From Polyangiales bacterium (lineage in GTDB: Bacteria; Myxococcota_A; Polyangia; Polyangiales; Ga0077539), in contig JBGARZ010000009.1 of assembly GCA_044229975.1 (NCBI GenBank), forward strand, positions 64,001 to 128,000: DNA of 64,000 bases. The letters are read 5' to 3'. The notes under the pieces were generated by a model. It had not been told where the DNA came from. It saw only the letters and a program-made list of their open reading frames with translations, and searched no databases. Shown here in pieces: positions 1 through 10,299 of the stretch. Numbering within the stretch: the stretch's first letter is position 1; the number at the start of each line of letters is the position of its first letter. The position numbers and the translations under genes are program-made.

Positions 1-186
1 GCCGTCGCCCGCGCACCGCCGTCACCTGCTCGTGCCGGGGCTGCGTGGATCTCGTTCCCTACTGTGAGTGCGACGACGCGAGCGAAGACATGCTCGCCCA
101 CGAGGGGCTCTGCCCCGGCTGCCGTGAGGCGGGCTGCGTCGATCGCCTCGCCGCCTTCGAGCGCTGCCACCGCCTCGCGCGCTGAC

Positions 187-978
187 TCAGCTCGCCGCGA
201 AGACCTCACCCACCGACGCTGCCGTCACCGCTCGCGTCACCCACGCGACCAGCGTCGCGAGCTCGCGCGTGCCCACGATGCGCGCCGCGTCGTCGTCCGA
301 CAACGACCAACCCCGCGCGGTGATGCTCGCCCGCAGCGCCGCACGCAATGCCTCGACGCCTTCGTCGCGCCCTGCTTCGAAGCCCTCATCGCGCAGCATC
401 TCCGGGCTGCCGTAACCCTTCGCTGCCAGCAGGTTGCGCAGCGTCACGTCGTGGGCCGCCTCCCGATCGTAGAGCGCCCGCACCGGCACCGGCAGCGCCA
501 GTACACCCGGCGCCGAGAGCGTCGCCTCGTCGCCCACCGTTCGCATCGCGGTCCCCGGCTCGTGGATCTCCACCCGACGCGGGCCCACCAGCCGAACCAC
601 CCAAACCCACCGCGTGCCGGCCGCCAGGAGCTCGGCGATCTTCTTCTTCAGTTCAGCCTCGTCCTGGCCGCGCCCCTCGTACTCCACGGCCAGCGGGGTG
701 CTGGTCGCCCAGGTTCCGTCGCCCGACTCGAAGTTCACCGCCACGTCGGGCGCGCGGAGTGTGCCCGGCCCGAGCGCGAGGCCCGTGTCGACGCCCGCGC
801 GGCGCACCGCCGGGTCGCTGTCGAGCACCGCGAAGCCCAGGCCGTTGGGGGACGTCCCGTCGACGCCCGTCGGCGCGCAGTACACCGGGTGTCCGTGCGA
901 CAGCTCGTACGGGTCGCCCGATCGAACTTGCTCGGGACGAAACGGCCCCGGTTGCGTCTTGTGACCGCCGTCGTTCAT
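187..978 (-). CDS. Uma2-family (PD-(D/E)XK-like) putative endonuclease with Rpn/DUF4351-like C-terminal tail
   Basis: YELSHG, RAPDVAV, LAVEY and LLAAGTRWVWVV motifs typical of Uma2 proteins; tail EGFEAGRDEG...TLVAWVTRAVTAASVGEVF. Start taken at ATG 978 (MNDGG) inside the longer ORF. Confidence 0.8.
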   Translation of the reverse strand: MNDGGHKTQPGPFRPEQVRSGDPYELSHGHPVYCAPTGVDGTSPNGLGFAVLDSDPAVRRAGVDTGLALGPGTLRAPDVAVNFESGDGTWATSTPLAVEYEGRGQDEAELKKKIAELLAAGTRWVWVVRLVGPRRVEIHEPGTAMRTVGDEATLSAPGVLALPVPVRALYDREAAHDVTLRNLLAAKGYGSPEMLRDEGFEAGRDEGVEALRAALRASITARGWSLSDDDAARIVGTRELATLVAWVTRAVTAASVGEVFAAS

Positions 979-1088
979 CCATCCCACGCTACCACCTCCG
1001 TCTTCGTCGTCGCATCCCACGGGACGAGGGCCCGCGCGGGCGTGTCGCATCACCCGCGCGGACCCGTTCACTCCGTCGCTCTCCGTCG

Positions 1089-2123
<1,035 letters not shown>

Positions 2124-2180
2124 CGTCTTCACCGTGTCGTTCTTTCCGACCGCCACTCCGTGTGGGGTCGGAGCAGCCCT

Positions 2181-2273
2181 ATCGCGAAGCCCGTGCCATC
2201 CGAAAAGTGCTTGTTTTCAAGCATCGCGTGGGTGGCGGCGGGTGGCGGCGGGGGTGGCGGCGGAGGTGGCGGC
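2181..2273 (-). promoter_or_regulatory. Putative sigma-54 promoter of recA with upstream tandem GGTGGCGGC repeats
   Basis: Minus strand TGGCACG-GGCT-TCGC (2198-2184) vs consensus TGGCACG-N4-TTGC; AT-rich spacer; four GGTGGCGGC copies at 2231, 2241, 2253 and 2265. Confidence 0.6.
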
Positions 2274-2369
2274 GCCCACGACAGACCGACGTCATCACCG
2301 CACCCCGCGGGTCATGGACCTCACTCGTCGCGCTCATGTAGCTTCGCGCCCGACGAGGCCCAATCCCCC

Positions 2370-5300
2370 ATGCGAACACCCTTCCTTCTCCTCCTCTGCG
2401 CGTCCTTCGTGGTCGCCTGCAACGCCAGCGGCGGCGGCACCACCATCACCTACGCCGACTCGTCGCCCCCCATCGACGCCGTCACCGGCATCGACCAGCC
2501 CGTCGCCCCGACCGACGCGGTCACGCCCGGCGACACCTTGGTCGTCCGCGACGGCGCCGTCGACGCGGGCGACGCGGCCACGCCGGGTGATGTGGTCACG
2601 CCGACGGACGTTCCCATCATGCCGACGCCCTGTCGCTCGACCCGCGACTGCGCCGCCGGCGTGTGTGACCGCGTCGTCGGTCGCTGCGTGCAGTGCGTGA
2701 GCGGCGCCGAGTGCTCGGGCGCCACCCCGGTCTGCGCCGCCAACCGCTGCGTCGCGGGCGTCACCTGCGCCTCGTCACGCACCTGCCCCGGCCAGGTCTG
2801 CGACACCACCCAGAGCTTCTGCGCCGACTGCGTCACCGACGCCGACTGCATGGGCGGCAACGTCTGCATCCGCAACAACTGCCGCCCCGCCCCGACGCCG
2901 TGCACCTCGTCGCGGCAGTGCAGCGCCTCCGACCAGGTCTGTGACTCCTCGCGCAACCAGTGCGTGGACTGCGTCGCCGACCCCGACTGCGTCGCCGGGG
3001 AGTTCTGCACGCCGCAGCGGACGTGTGTTCCGCAGGTGTGCACGCCGGGCGCCCGCGAGTGCCTCGACCTGCGCCGCCTGCGCGTCTGCAACGCCAACGG
3101 CAGCGCCTGGGACGAGAGCCCCTGCGGCGTCAGCTCGTCCTGCGTCGACGGCCGCTGCCAGTCCTGGGTGTGCACCCCCGCTTCGCAGAGCTGCTCGTCC
3201 ATGACCGAGCGGCGCGTCTGCAACGCCGACGGCCTCGGGTACTCGCCCTCCGCGTGCGCGCCCATGCAGTCGTGTTCGAGCGGGACGTGCCGCGCCTGGA
3301 GCTGCACCCCGGGCGCCACCACCTGCGGCTCGTCGACGTCGGTCACCGTCTGCAACGCCGATGGCCTGGGCACGCGCGCGATGTCGTGCCCGAGCAGCTC
3401 CACCTGCACCAGCGGTCGCTGCAACGCGTGGGTGTGCGTTCCGGGCACCTACGACTGCGAGTCATCCACCAGCCGGCGCGTGTGCAACGCCGACGGCCTC
3501 GGGTACTCGCCCGCGCCCTGCACGCTGCCCGCCCACGGCGCGGCCTCGACGTGCTCGGGCGGCGCGTGCGGCTTCTCGTGCGAGAGCGGCTGGGGCAACT
3601 GCGACGGCGCATCATCCAACGGCTGCGAGACCGACCTCTCGTCGAGCGGATCGCACTGCGGCGCCTGCGGGCAGCTGTGCAGCTCCACGTCGGGCGCGAG
3701 CAGCGCGTGCGTGGCGGGCGCCTGCCGGGTCACCTGCCTGCCCAACTTCGGCGACTGCGACATGGTCGCGGCCAACGGCTGCGAGGTCTCGACCACGAGC
3801 GACGTGCGCAACTGCGGCGCCTGCGGAGCGATGTGCGCCGCGCGGCCCAACAGCGTGGCGTCGTGCACCGTGGGCCGCTGCGCGTACGTCTGCCAGAGCG
3901 GCTACGGTGATTGCGACGGCGACCCGAGCAACGGGTGCGAGCGCTCGCTCAACACCGACCTCGCGCACTGCGGTCGCTGCGACAACGCGTGCCCCACGGG
4001 GCCCAACGCGCAGGTCGCTTGCAGCTTCGGGAGCTGCTCCTTCGCGTGCACGACGGGCTTCGCGAGCTGCGACGGGACCAACGCCAACGGCTGCGAGGTG
4101 TCGGTGCGCACCGACCTCGCGAACTGCGGCGCCTGCGGCCGAACGTGCGCCCCGGCCAACGCGACGGGCGTGTGCTCGGCGGCGACGTGCTCGGTCGGGG
4201 CGTGCAACACGGGCTACGCGGACTGCGACGCGGCGGCGTCCAACGGGTGCGAGACCAACCTCGGGACGAGCATCACCAACTGCGGGGCGTGCGGGACGGT
4301 GTGCCCGGGGTCGGGCGTTCCGGGGACGACGGTGACCTGCTCGCCGGGCGGCGTGTGCGGGGCGATGTGCACCGCGGGCTTCAGCGACTGCGACCTGATG
4401 GCGAGCAACGGGTGCGAGGCCAACGTCGCCTCCGACGCGCGCAACTGCGGCGCCTGCGGAACGGTCTGCCCCACCGGGCAGAGTTGCGTCGGGCGGGTGT
4501 GCACGGCGGCGTCCCCGGCGCAGCTCTCCATCGCGCGCTACGGGCACGCGGCGGCGGCGACCGCCAGCGGCATCCTCTACGCCTGGGGCGGGTACAGCAC
4601 CGTCAGCAGCACGTACCTCTCGTCCACCGAGATGTACGACCCGGCGACCAACACCTGGACGACCCGCGCGTCGATGCCCGTCGCGACCTGGGGCATCGTG
4701 GGCACGACGCTGGCCGACGGTCGGCTCATCAGCATCAGCGGGTACGCCAACTCGGCGATGACCTCCGCGGTGCACCTCTACAACCCGACGACCAACACCT
4801 GGACGACCACCGGGTCGGTGCTCAACGCGCGGTACATGGCCGCGGCGTCGCGGGGCCTCGACGGCAAGGTGTACCTCTTCGGCGGGCGCAACAGCTCGTC
4901 CAACCTGTTCACCGCCGAGGTCTATGACCCCGCGACGGGGGTGTGGACCAACATCCGAGCCATTCCCACGGCGCGCCAGGGCGGCACCGCGGTGACGGCG
5001 GCCGACGGTCGCATCTATCTCATCGGCGGCTCGACGGACACGTCGGGCTCCGTCGCGGCGCTCACCGTGGACATCTACGACCCGGTCTCCAACACCTACG
5101 CGGTGGGCCCGGCTCTCCCGACCGGCGGAGGCCGCGTCTACCCGGGCGCCGCGTTTGGCACCAACGGCGTGCTCTACATCGCGGGCGGCCTCTCGCCCAC
5201 GACGTCGACCTACCTCGCCACGGCCGTCTCGCTCGCGTCGGGCTCGTCGAGCTACACCACGATCGCCTCCATGGCGACGGCGCGCGGCTATGCGCGGATG

Positions 5301-5402
5301 CTCCCGCTGCTCGACGGCCGACTCTTCACCATCGGCGGCTACACGGGCTCGACCTTCAACCGGGTCGAGGCGTACACGCCGGCCAACAACACCTGGCGCT
5401 GA
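2370..5402 (+). CDS. Cys-rich repeat lipoprotein with C-terminal Kelch beta-propeller
   Basis: Lipobox-like FVVAC after ATG 2370; repeated CD...NGCE...HCG/NCGACG units; Kelch repeats (GG..., YDPATNTW). Confidence 0.85.
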   Translation: MRTPFLLLLCASFVVACNASGGGTTITYADSSPPIDAVTGIDQPVAPTDAVTPGDTLVVRDGAVDAGDAATPGDVVTPTDVPIMPTPCRSTRDCAAGVCDRVVGRCVQCVSGAECSGATPVCAANRCVAGVTCASSRTCPGQVCDTTQSFCADCVTDADCMGGNVCIRNNCRPAPTPCTSSRQCSASDQVCDSSRNQCVDCVADPDCVAGEFCTPQRTCVPQVCTPGARECLDLRRLRVCNANGSAWDESPCGVSSSCVDGRCQSWVCTPASQSCSSMTERRVCNADGLGYSPSACAPMQSCSSGTCRAWSCTPGATTCGSSTSVTVCNADGLGTRAMSCPSSSTCTSGRCNAWVCVPGTYDCESSTSRRVCNADGLGYSPAPCTLPAHGAASTCSGGACGFSCESGWGNCDGASSNGCETDLSSSGSHCGACGQLCSSTSGASSACVAGACRVTCLPNFGDCDMVAANGCEVSTTSDVRNCGACGAMCAARPNSVASCTVGRCAYVCQSGYGDCDGDPSNGCERSLNTDLAHCGRCDNACPTGPNAQVACSFGSCSFACTTGFASCDGTNANGCEVSVRTDLANCGACGRTCAPANATGVCSAATCSVGACNTGYADCDAAASNGCETNLGTSITNCGACGTVCPGSGVPGTTVTCSPGGVCGAMCTAGFSDCDLMASNGCEANVASDARNCGACGTVCPTGQSCVGRVCTAASPAQLSIARYGHAAAATASGILYAWGGYSTVSSTYLSSTEMYDPATNTWTTRASMPVATWGIVGTTLADGRLISISGYANSAMTSAVHLYNPTTNTWTTTGSVLNARYMAAASRGLDGKVYLFGGRNSSSNLFTAEVYDPATGVWTNIRAIPTARQGGTAVTAADGRIYLIGGSTDTSGSVAALTVDIYDPVSNTYAVGPALPTGGGRVYPGAAFGTNGVLYIAGGLSPTTSTYLATAVSLASGSSSYTTIASMATARGYARMLPLLDGRLFTIGGYTGSTFNRVEAYTPANNTWR

Positions 5403-5406
5403 GGGC

Positions 5407-5853
5407 CTAGCGCGGTCCGGGCGCGCCCGCGGCGATCCACGCGCGCACCGTCGCCCGCTGCTCGGTCGTGAGCAGCGGCTCTCCCTGCGGCATCGACACT
5501 CCACACACCATCGGCATCGCGCGGCACTCGGCCACGTCGGCCATCCGGCCTTCCAGCTTGGTCATCAGGAACGAACCCGCCGGGTCACCCGGCGCCACCC
5601 GCGGCAGCCGCGGAACCTCGAAGGACGGTGCCAGCAGGGCCGACCGTGCGTCCGCGGCCGAGCCGGTGAGGGTGAGCGACCCGGCGATGCCGCCGTGACA
5701 CGTGGAGAAGTTGCAGCTCGCCGTGAAGATGGTCGCGACCGCCTCCCAGGTGGCGGACACGCCCGCGTCAGGGGTCACCGCGGGAGACGGATCACCCCCG
5801 CACGCCGCCAATACCGCCGTCATCGCACCGCCCGCCATCCACGCTGATCGCAC
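5407..5853 (-). CDS. Small lipoprotein, cytochrome c-like (CX4CH motif)
   Basis: VLAAC lipobox, CNFSTCH, PGDPAGSFL, SMP and WIAAGA as in myxobacterial/planctomycete cytochrome c-like domains. Exact start uncertain. Confidence 0.65.
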   Translation of the reverse strand: MRSAWMAGGAMTAVLAACGGDPSPAVTPDAGVSATWEAVATIFTASCNFSTCHGGIAGSLTLTGSAADARSALLAPSFEVPRLPRVAPGDPAGSFLMTKLEGRMADVAECRAMPMVCGVSMPQGEPLLTTEQRATVRAWIAAGAPGPR

Positions 5854-5968
5854 GGCCGGGATGGGAGCCGATGGGGCGGTCGGGCGTCAACCACGCGCTG
5901 TCGTTGCGGAGAGCCTACGCAAACTTGAGCGGGTCGCCGTGTTGACGGCGGTCGCGAGGTGCCGTGAC

Positions 5969-7162
5969 ATGCGACCCGTGAGGAGCCCACCGGTGGTGTC
6001 AGGCAAAACGCGAGGGTCGAGAACCAACGCAGCGGCGGTCATCGCGGCGTGGGTGTTGGCGGGCTGTTCGTCGGGCGGAGCGGTGACAGACGCGGCGGTG
6101 GTCGCGGCGACGGACGCGGCGACCGACCAGGGGACGCCGACGGTCGACGCGACGGGTGATGCGGGCGTGGAGGGGGACACGTTCGTCAACACGAGCGCCC
6201 ATACGCTGTCGCACCAGATGGGGCCGTGGATGGTGCCGGCGGGGGGAGAGCGCTCGTCGGACTGCGAGTCGTGGACCCTCAACAACGACGAGCCCCTCTA
6301 CCTCAGCACCGTGCAGATGACGGCGACGGCCGGGATGCACCACTCCAATTGGTTCTTCGTACCGGAGGCGAACTACCCGGGGCCGGATGGGACGTGGTCG
6401 TGCGCGTCGCGCAACTTCGACCAGGGGGTCGCGTCGCTGCTGGGCGGGGTCTTCTTCGCGCAGAGCACGCAGGTTACCAACGAGACCCAGCAGTTTCCGC
6501 CCGGCACCGTGGTGGTCATCCCGCCGCACTCGCGCGTGATCGGCCAGCTCCACATGCTCAACGCGAGCCCCGCAGCGCGCGCCATCTCCCTCGGGTTCAA
6601 CATCCAGACGCTCCCCCGCGCGGAGGTTCGCACCCGCCTGACGCCCTTCTACCTGGAGTACCACCCGCTGGAGATCACCCCCCGCGGGCGCTCGCAGTTC
6701 GACGTCGAGTGCGCCATCGACGAGCGCGCCCGGATGCTCACCGGCGAACCGCTCTCCATGCGCTTCTTCTACGGCCTCGCGCACTACCACGAGCTCGGCT
6801 CGCGGATGCGCGTGACCATCGTCGGCGGCCCCATGGACGGCCGCGCCCTCTACGAGACCGACGCGCGCCAGGGCGAGTCGTGGGCGCGCACCATGAGCCC
6901 GCCGGTGGACATCAGCGGCGCGCGGGCGCTGCGGCTGAGCTGTACCTTCGACAACACCCGCTCGACCACGGTGCGCTACGGCCTCGGATCGGGCGAGATG
7001 TGCATCTGGTTCGGGTTTACCGACAGCGCGTACCAGTGGGCGGGCCGCGCGCCGGAGACCACGCGGCCGATGGTGACCAGCGAGGTGCGCGACGGGGTCA
7101 ACTACAACACCGCGCCCTGCACCGAGCTCTTCACGCTCAACTCGCGCAGCGCGATGGAGTGA
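5969..7162 (+). CDS. Copper type II ascorbate-dependent monooxygenase-like (PHM/DBH-like) lipoprotein
   Basis: VLAGC lipobox; candidate Cu ligands MHHSN, QLHMLN, AHYHELG and GEMC. Confidence 0.75.
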   Translation: MRPVRSPPVVSGKTRGSRTNAAAVIAAWVLAGCSSGGAVTDAAVVAATDAATDQGTPTVDATGDAGVEGDTFVNTSAHTLSHQMGPWMVPAGGERSSDCESWTLNNDEPLYLSTVQMTATAGMHHSNWFFVPEANYPGPDGTWSCASRNFDQGVASLLGGVFFAQSTQVTNETQQFPPGTVVVIPPHSRVIGQLHMLNASPAARAISLGFNIQTLPRAEVRTRLTPFYLEYHPLEITPRGRSQFDVECAIDERARMLTGEPLSMRFFYGLAHYHELGSRMRVTIVGGPMDGRALYETDARQGESWARTMSPPVDISGARALRLSCTFDNTRSTTVRYGLGSGEMCIWFGFTDSAYQWAGRAPETTRPMVTSEVRDGVNYNTAPCTELFTLNSRSAME

Positions 7163-7165
7163 CCG

Positions 7166-8884
7166 ATGACCACGCGGGCCACACGCAAGGGTTGGGTCTG
7201 GCTGCTCGCGGTCGTGGCCCCGGCGTGCGGCGTCAACAGCGTCACCGAGGGGAGGCCGCCCATCCTCGATGGAGGTCCGCCGCTCTTCTACGACGGCGGC
7301 GCGCTCAGCCACGTCAACGGCGACGCGGCCGTCGACGATCACGACCGCTGCGGGCCCTGCGGTCGCGCGTGCGCCGTGAGTGAAGCGTGCGTCGCGGGCG
7401 CGTGTGTTCCGGGCGGTGCGGCGCCGCCGAGGCTCGTGGGGCCCGCGTCGCTGGGCAACGTCACCTCGCGGCAACCCACGCTACGGTGGCTCCTGCCCGC
7501 GGGCGTCACCGAGGCGCGGGTGCAGCTCTGTCTCGACCGCGCGTGCTCGCAGGTGCAGCACACGGCCGACGTGACGGGATCGTCCATGCGACCGCCCGAG
7601 GCGCTGCGGCCGGGCGTGTACTTCTGGCGGGCGTTTGCGAAGCGCGGCGCGGTGGTCTCGACGACGGCGTCGGCGACGTGGCAGTTCAGGGTGCGGGCGA
7701 GCAGCGGGAGCGCGGACACCACCCTCGGCGGCATGGTCGACGTCGATGGTGATGGGTTCGGCGACCTGGTGATGCGCGCCGGGACGCCGCAGCGCTCGGC
7801 CATCTACGCGGGCGGCCCGGAGGGGGCGTCGCGGATGCCCACGACGATGCTCCCGATGCAGGCCGACGGGTCGACGGTTCCGATGTCGACGGTGGGCGAC
7901 GTCAACGGCGACGGGTTCACCGACATGCTCTCGTTCGCGATGGTCGATGGCGAGCGTCGCGCCATGCTGCATCCGGGCGGGCCGCGCGGCGTCGTGGTGC
8001 CGCCGGTCGCGCTGGTGACGATCGATCCGTGGCCCTCGTCGGTGGGCGGGGCGGGCGACCTCGATGGCGACGGCTACGGCGACCTCGTGGGGCGCGACGA
8101 CGGGTCGACGGGGCCCGTGGGGCAGGTGCGGGCGTTCTTCGGCGACGCAGCGGGCGTGCGGCCGCGGTCGGGGGTGATCCTGGCGAGCGACGCGGACGCG
8201 GTGACGGGGGTGGTGATGACCGGGGGCGGCGACCTCAACGGCGACCGCCTGCCCGACCTGCTCTTCGGCATGCCCTCCACCAACGACGGCGCGGGCCGCG
8301 CGCGCGCGTGGATCAACGGCGGCTGTGGGATGGGGCGCCTCGTCGAGCTGCCCGGCGACACCGGGGAGCTGGCGCACTTCGGCGAGTCGCTCTCGCTGAG
8401 CGGTGACTACAACGGCGACGGGTACGCCGACGCGGTCATCGCGGCGCCACACGACACGCAGACCTTCGACCGCAGCGGGGTCTGGATCTACCCGGGCAGC
8501 GCCGACGGGCCGGTGCTGACCAACCCGCTGCGCATCCCCTTCGTGGGGCGGCAGACGGAGAGCGTGCGGGTGTCCGTGGCGGCCGACCTCAACGGCGACG
8601 GCATCGGCGACCTGGGCGTGTGGATGCACACCAACCTCCGACCGCCCGAGGCGCTGCTCTACAACGGCTCGCCGACGGGGCTCGCGACGACGCCCACGCG
8701 GGCGCTCAACAGCGACGACTACGGCCCCGACGAGCGCGGCTTCTCCCTGGGCTCGGCGGGCGACACCGACCGCGATGGCTTCGATGACGTGACGATCTTC
8801 CTGTCGCCGGGGCGGGTGGTGCTCTCGCGCGGATCACCAACCGGACCGACGACCGGCATGCTGCCGGCGTTCGTGCTGCCCTGA
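7166..8884 (+). CDS. FG-GAP repeat lipoprotein
   Basis: Repeated GD(V/L/Y)(N/D)GDG(F/Y)xD motifs, N-terminal signal with Cys, short Cys-rich and Ig-like segment. Confidence 0.85.
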   Translation: MTTRATRKGWVWLLAVVAPACGVNSVTEGRPPILDGGPPLFYDGGALSHVNGDAAVDDHDRCGPCGRACAVSEACVAGACVPGGAAPPRLVGPASLGNVTSRQPTLRWLLPAGVTEARVQLCLDRACSQVQHTADVTGSSMRPPEALRPGVYFWRAFAKRGAVVSTTASATWQFRVRASSGSADTTLGGMVDVDGDGFGDLVMRAGTPQRSAIYAGGPEGASRMPTTMLPMQADGSTVPMSTVGDVNGDGFTDMLSFAMVDGERRAMLHPGGPRGVVVPPVALVTIDPWPSSVGGAGDLDGDGYGDLVGRDDGSTGPVGQVRAFFGDAAGVRPRSGVILASDADAVTGVVMTGGGDLNGDRLPDLLFGMPSTNDGAGRARAWINGGCGMGRLVELPGDTGELAHFGESLSLSGDYNGDGYADAVIAAPHDTQTFDRSGVWIYPGSADGPVLTNPLRIPFVGRQTESVRVSVAADLNGDGIGDLGVWMHTNLRPPEALLYNGSPTGLATTPTRALNSDDYGPDERGFSLGSAGDTDRDGFDDVTIFLSPGRVVLSRGSPTGPTTGMLPAFVLP

Positions 8885-8896
8885 GGCGCCGGACCA

Positions 8897-10282
8897 ATGG
8901 GGCGCGGTGATCGGGCATGCTGGCTGGGTGGTCGTCGCGTCCCCTCTCTCGCGGTCGGGGTCTGGCTCGCGTTGGGGTGCGCCGCCGATCCGCCGGTGGG
9001 AGCGCGAGATGCGGGCGTCGATGCGGTCGACGTCGCGGTGAGCGACGTGGGCGTTGCGGAGGACGTGCCGGTCAGCAGCGTGCGCTTCGCCGACCCGACG
9101 TGCTTCCCGGCCGCGGCGCAGCTCGATCGGGTGGTGACCGGCGACCTCGATCACGACGGGCGGCTCGACGCGGTGCTGGAGTATCGCGAGTCGGGCCCGT
9201 CGGCGCCGAGCGGATATGGTTATGCGCGCAACGCCTCGGCCGCGGGCGAGGTGCGCTTCGACGCGCGGGTCGATCACCTGTCGAGCGAGGCGACGCCGCT
9301 GCTGGCGTCGAGCGCGACGCAGGTGACCGACCTCGACGGCGACGGGTTTGCGGAGCTGATTCGCAACGATCGCTGGTGGCGCAACACGCAGGCCGCGGCG
9401 GGGGCGTTGACGGAGGCGACCTTCGCGGGGACGGGGCAGCTCTTCGGGAGCGGCGTCGGGTTCACGACGCCAGAGCCGGACACGCTGACGGTGCTCGACC
9501 TCGACCTCGATGGGCTGCGCGACGTGATGTCGGCGCAGAGCGCCGGGAGCTGCAACGTGCTGGTGTACCCGCAGCGGAGGGTCGAGCCGGCGCCGATCTT
9601 CGGGACGCAGCTCATCGTGCGGGTGTACGTGCGGGGCCTCACGCGCTGCACGTCCATCGCGCTGGGCGACCTCGACGGCGACGGCCGACCCGACGTGGTG
9701 GCGACGAGCGACAACCCCGACCGCGGCAGCGGCGAGCAGGGCTTCGCGGCGCTGCGCAACGAGTCGACCCCGGGGACGCTCACCGAGCGCACCTTCGGCG
9801 ACGCCCTGCGCTGGAACACCGCGGCCACGGGCGAGCGGCGCGTGACCCGCAACGCCCGCCTGGTGGACGTCAACGGCGACGGGCGCGTCGATCTCTTCTA
9901 CACGTTGAAGTCACCCGACGCGCCGGGCACGCGCGGCGCGCTGCGGCTGCACACGGGCGCGGCTGCGCTGAGCGCGGAGACCTTCGGCCCGGCCATCGAC
10001 CTCCCCGGGTCGCTCGGCGACGGGGCCGTGGTGAGCGTCATCGACCTCGACGGCAACGGCGTCCCGGACGTGGCGAGCGCGCTGGGTGATCGCGTGACCG
10101 TGGTGCAGAACCTCGCGACGCGCGGCGCGGCGATCGGGCCCGCGAGCTTCGCGGTGCGGGCGATCACACTGCCGCTGGGGAGCCGCTCGGCGGCCTTCGC
10201 GGAGGTCGACGGCGACGGGCGGGCCGACGTGATCTTCGTGCGCGACGGCGGCTGGTGCGTGATGCGCAACACCACGCCGTAG
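8897..10282 (+). CDS. VCBS/FG-GAP-like repeat lipoprotein
   Basis: LALGC lipobox; repeated DLDGDGxxD motifs. Confidence 0.85.
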   Translation: MGRGDRACWLGGRRVPSLAVGVWLALGCAADPPVGARDAGVDAVDVAVSDVGVAEDVPVSSVRFADPTCFPAAAQLDRVVTGDLDHDGRLDAVLEYRESGPSAPSGYGYARNASAAGEVRFDARVDHLSSEATPLLASSATQVTDLDGDGFAELIRNDRWWRNTQAAAGALTEATFAGTGQLFGSGVGFTTPEPDTLTVLDLDLDGLRDVMSAQSAGSCNVLVYPQRRVEPAPIFGTQLIVRVYVRGLTRCTSIALGDLDGDGRPDVVATSDNPDRGSGEQGFAALRNESTPGTLTERTFGDALRWNTAATGERRVTRNARLVDVNGDGRVDLFYTLKSPDAPGTRGALRLHTGAAALSAETFGPAIDLPGSLGDGAVVSVIDLDGNGVPDVASALGDRVTVVQNLATRGAAIGPASFAVRAITLPLGSRSAAFAEVDGDGRADVIFVRDGGWCVMRNTTP

Positions 10283-10299
10283 GCGAGCGTCGCGAGAGA

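Noticed and set aside
2208..2223. Palindrome TGCTTG-N4-CAAGCA upstream of recA as a LexA box
   Set aside because: It does not match a LexA consensus I can support and is not retained in the sister cassette at 63.4 kb.
2229..2273. Poly-Gly N-terminal extension of the 1080-aa ORF
   Set aside because: The real start is more likely ATG 2370 with a lipoprotein signal; the G-rich repeats are better explained as non-coding.
2620..4510. Regularly spaced DNA repeats (AACGGCTGCGAG..., AACTGCGGCGCCTGCGG) suggesting a CRISPR-like array
   Set aside because: They are in-frame Cys-rich protein repeats with synonymous variation; no constant repeat-spacer structure and no cas genes.
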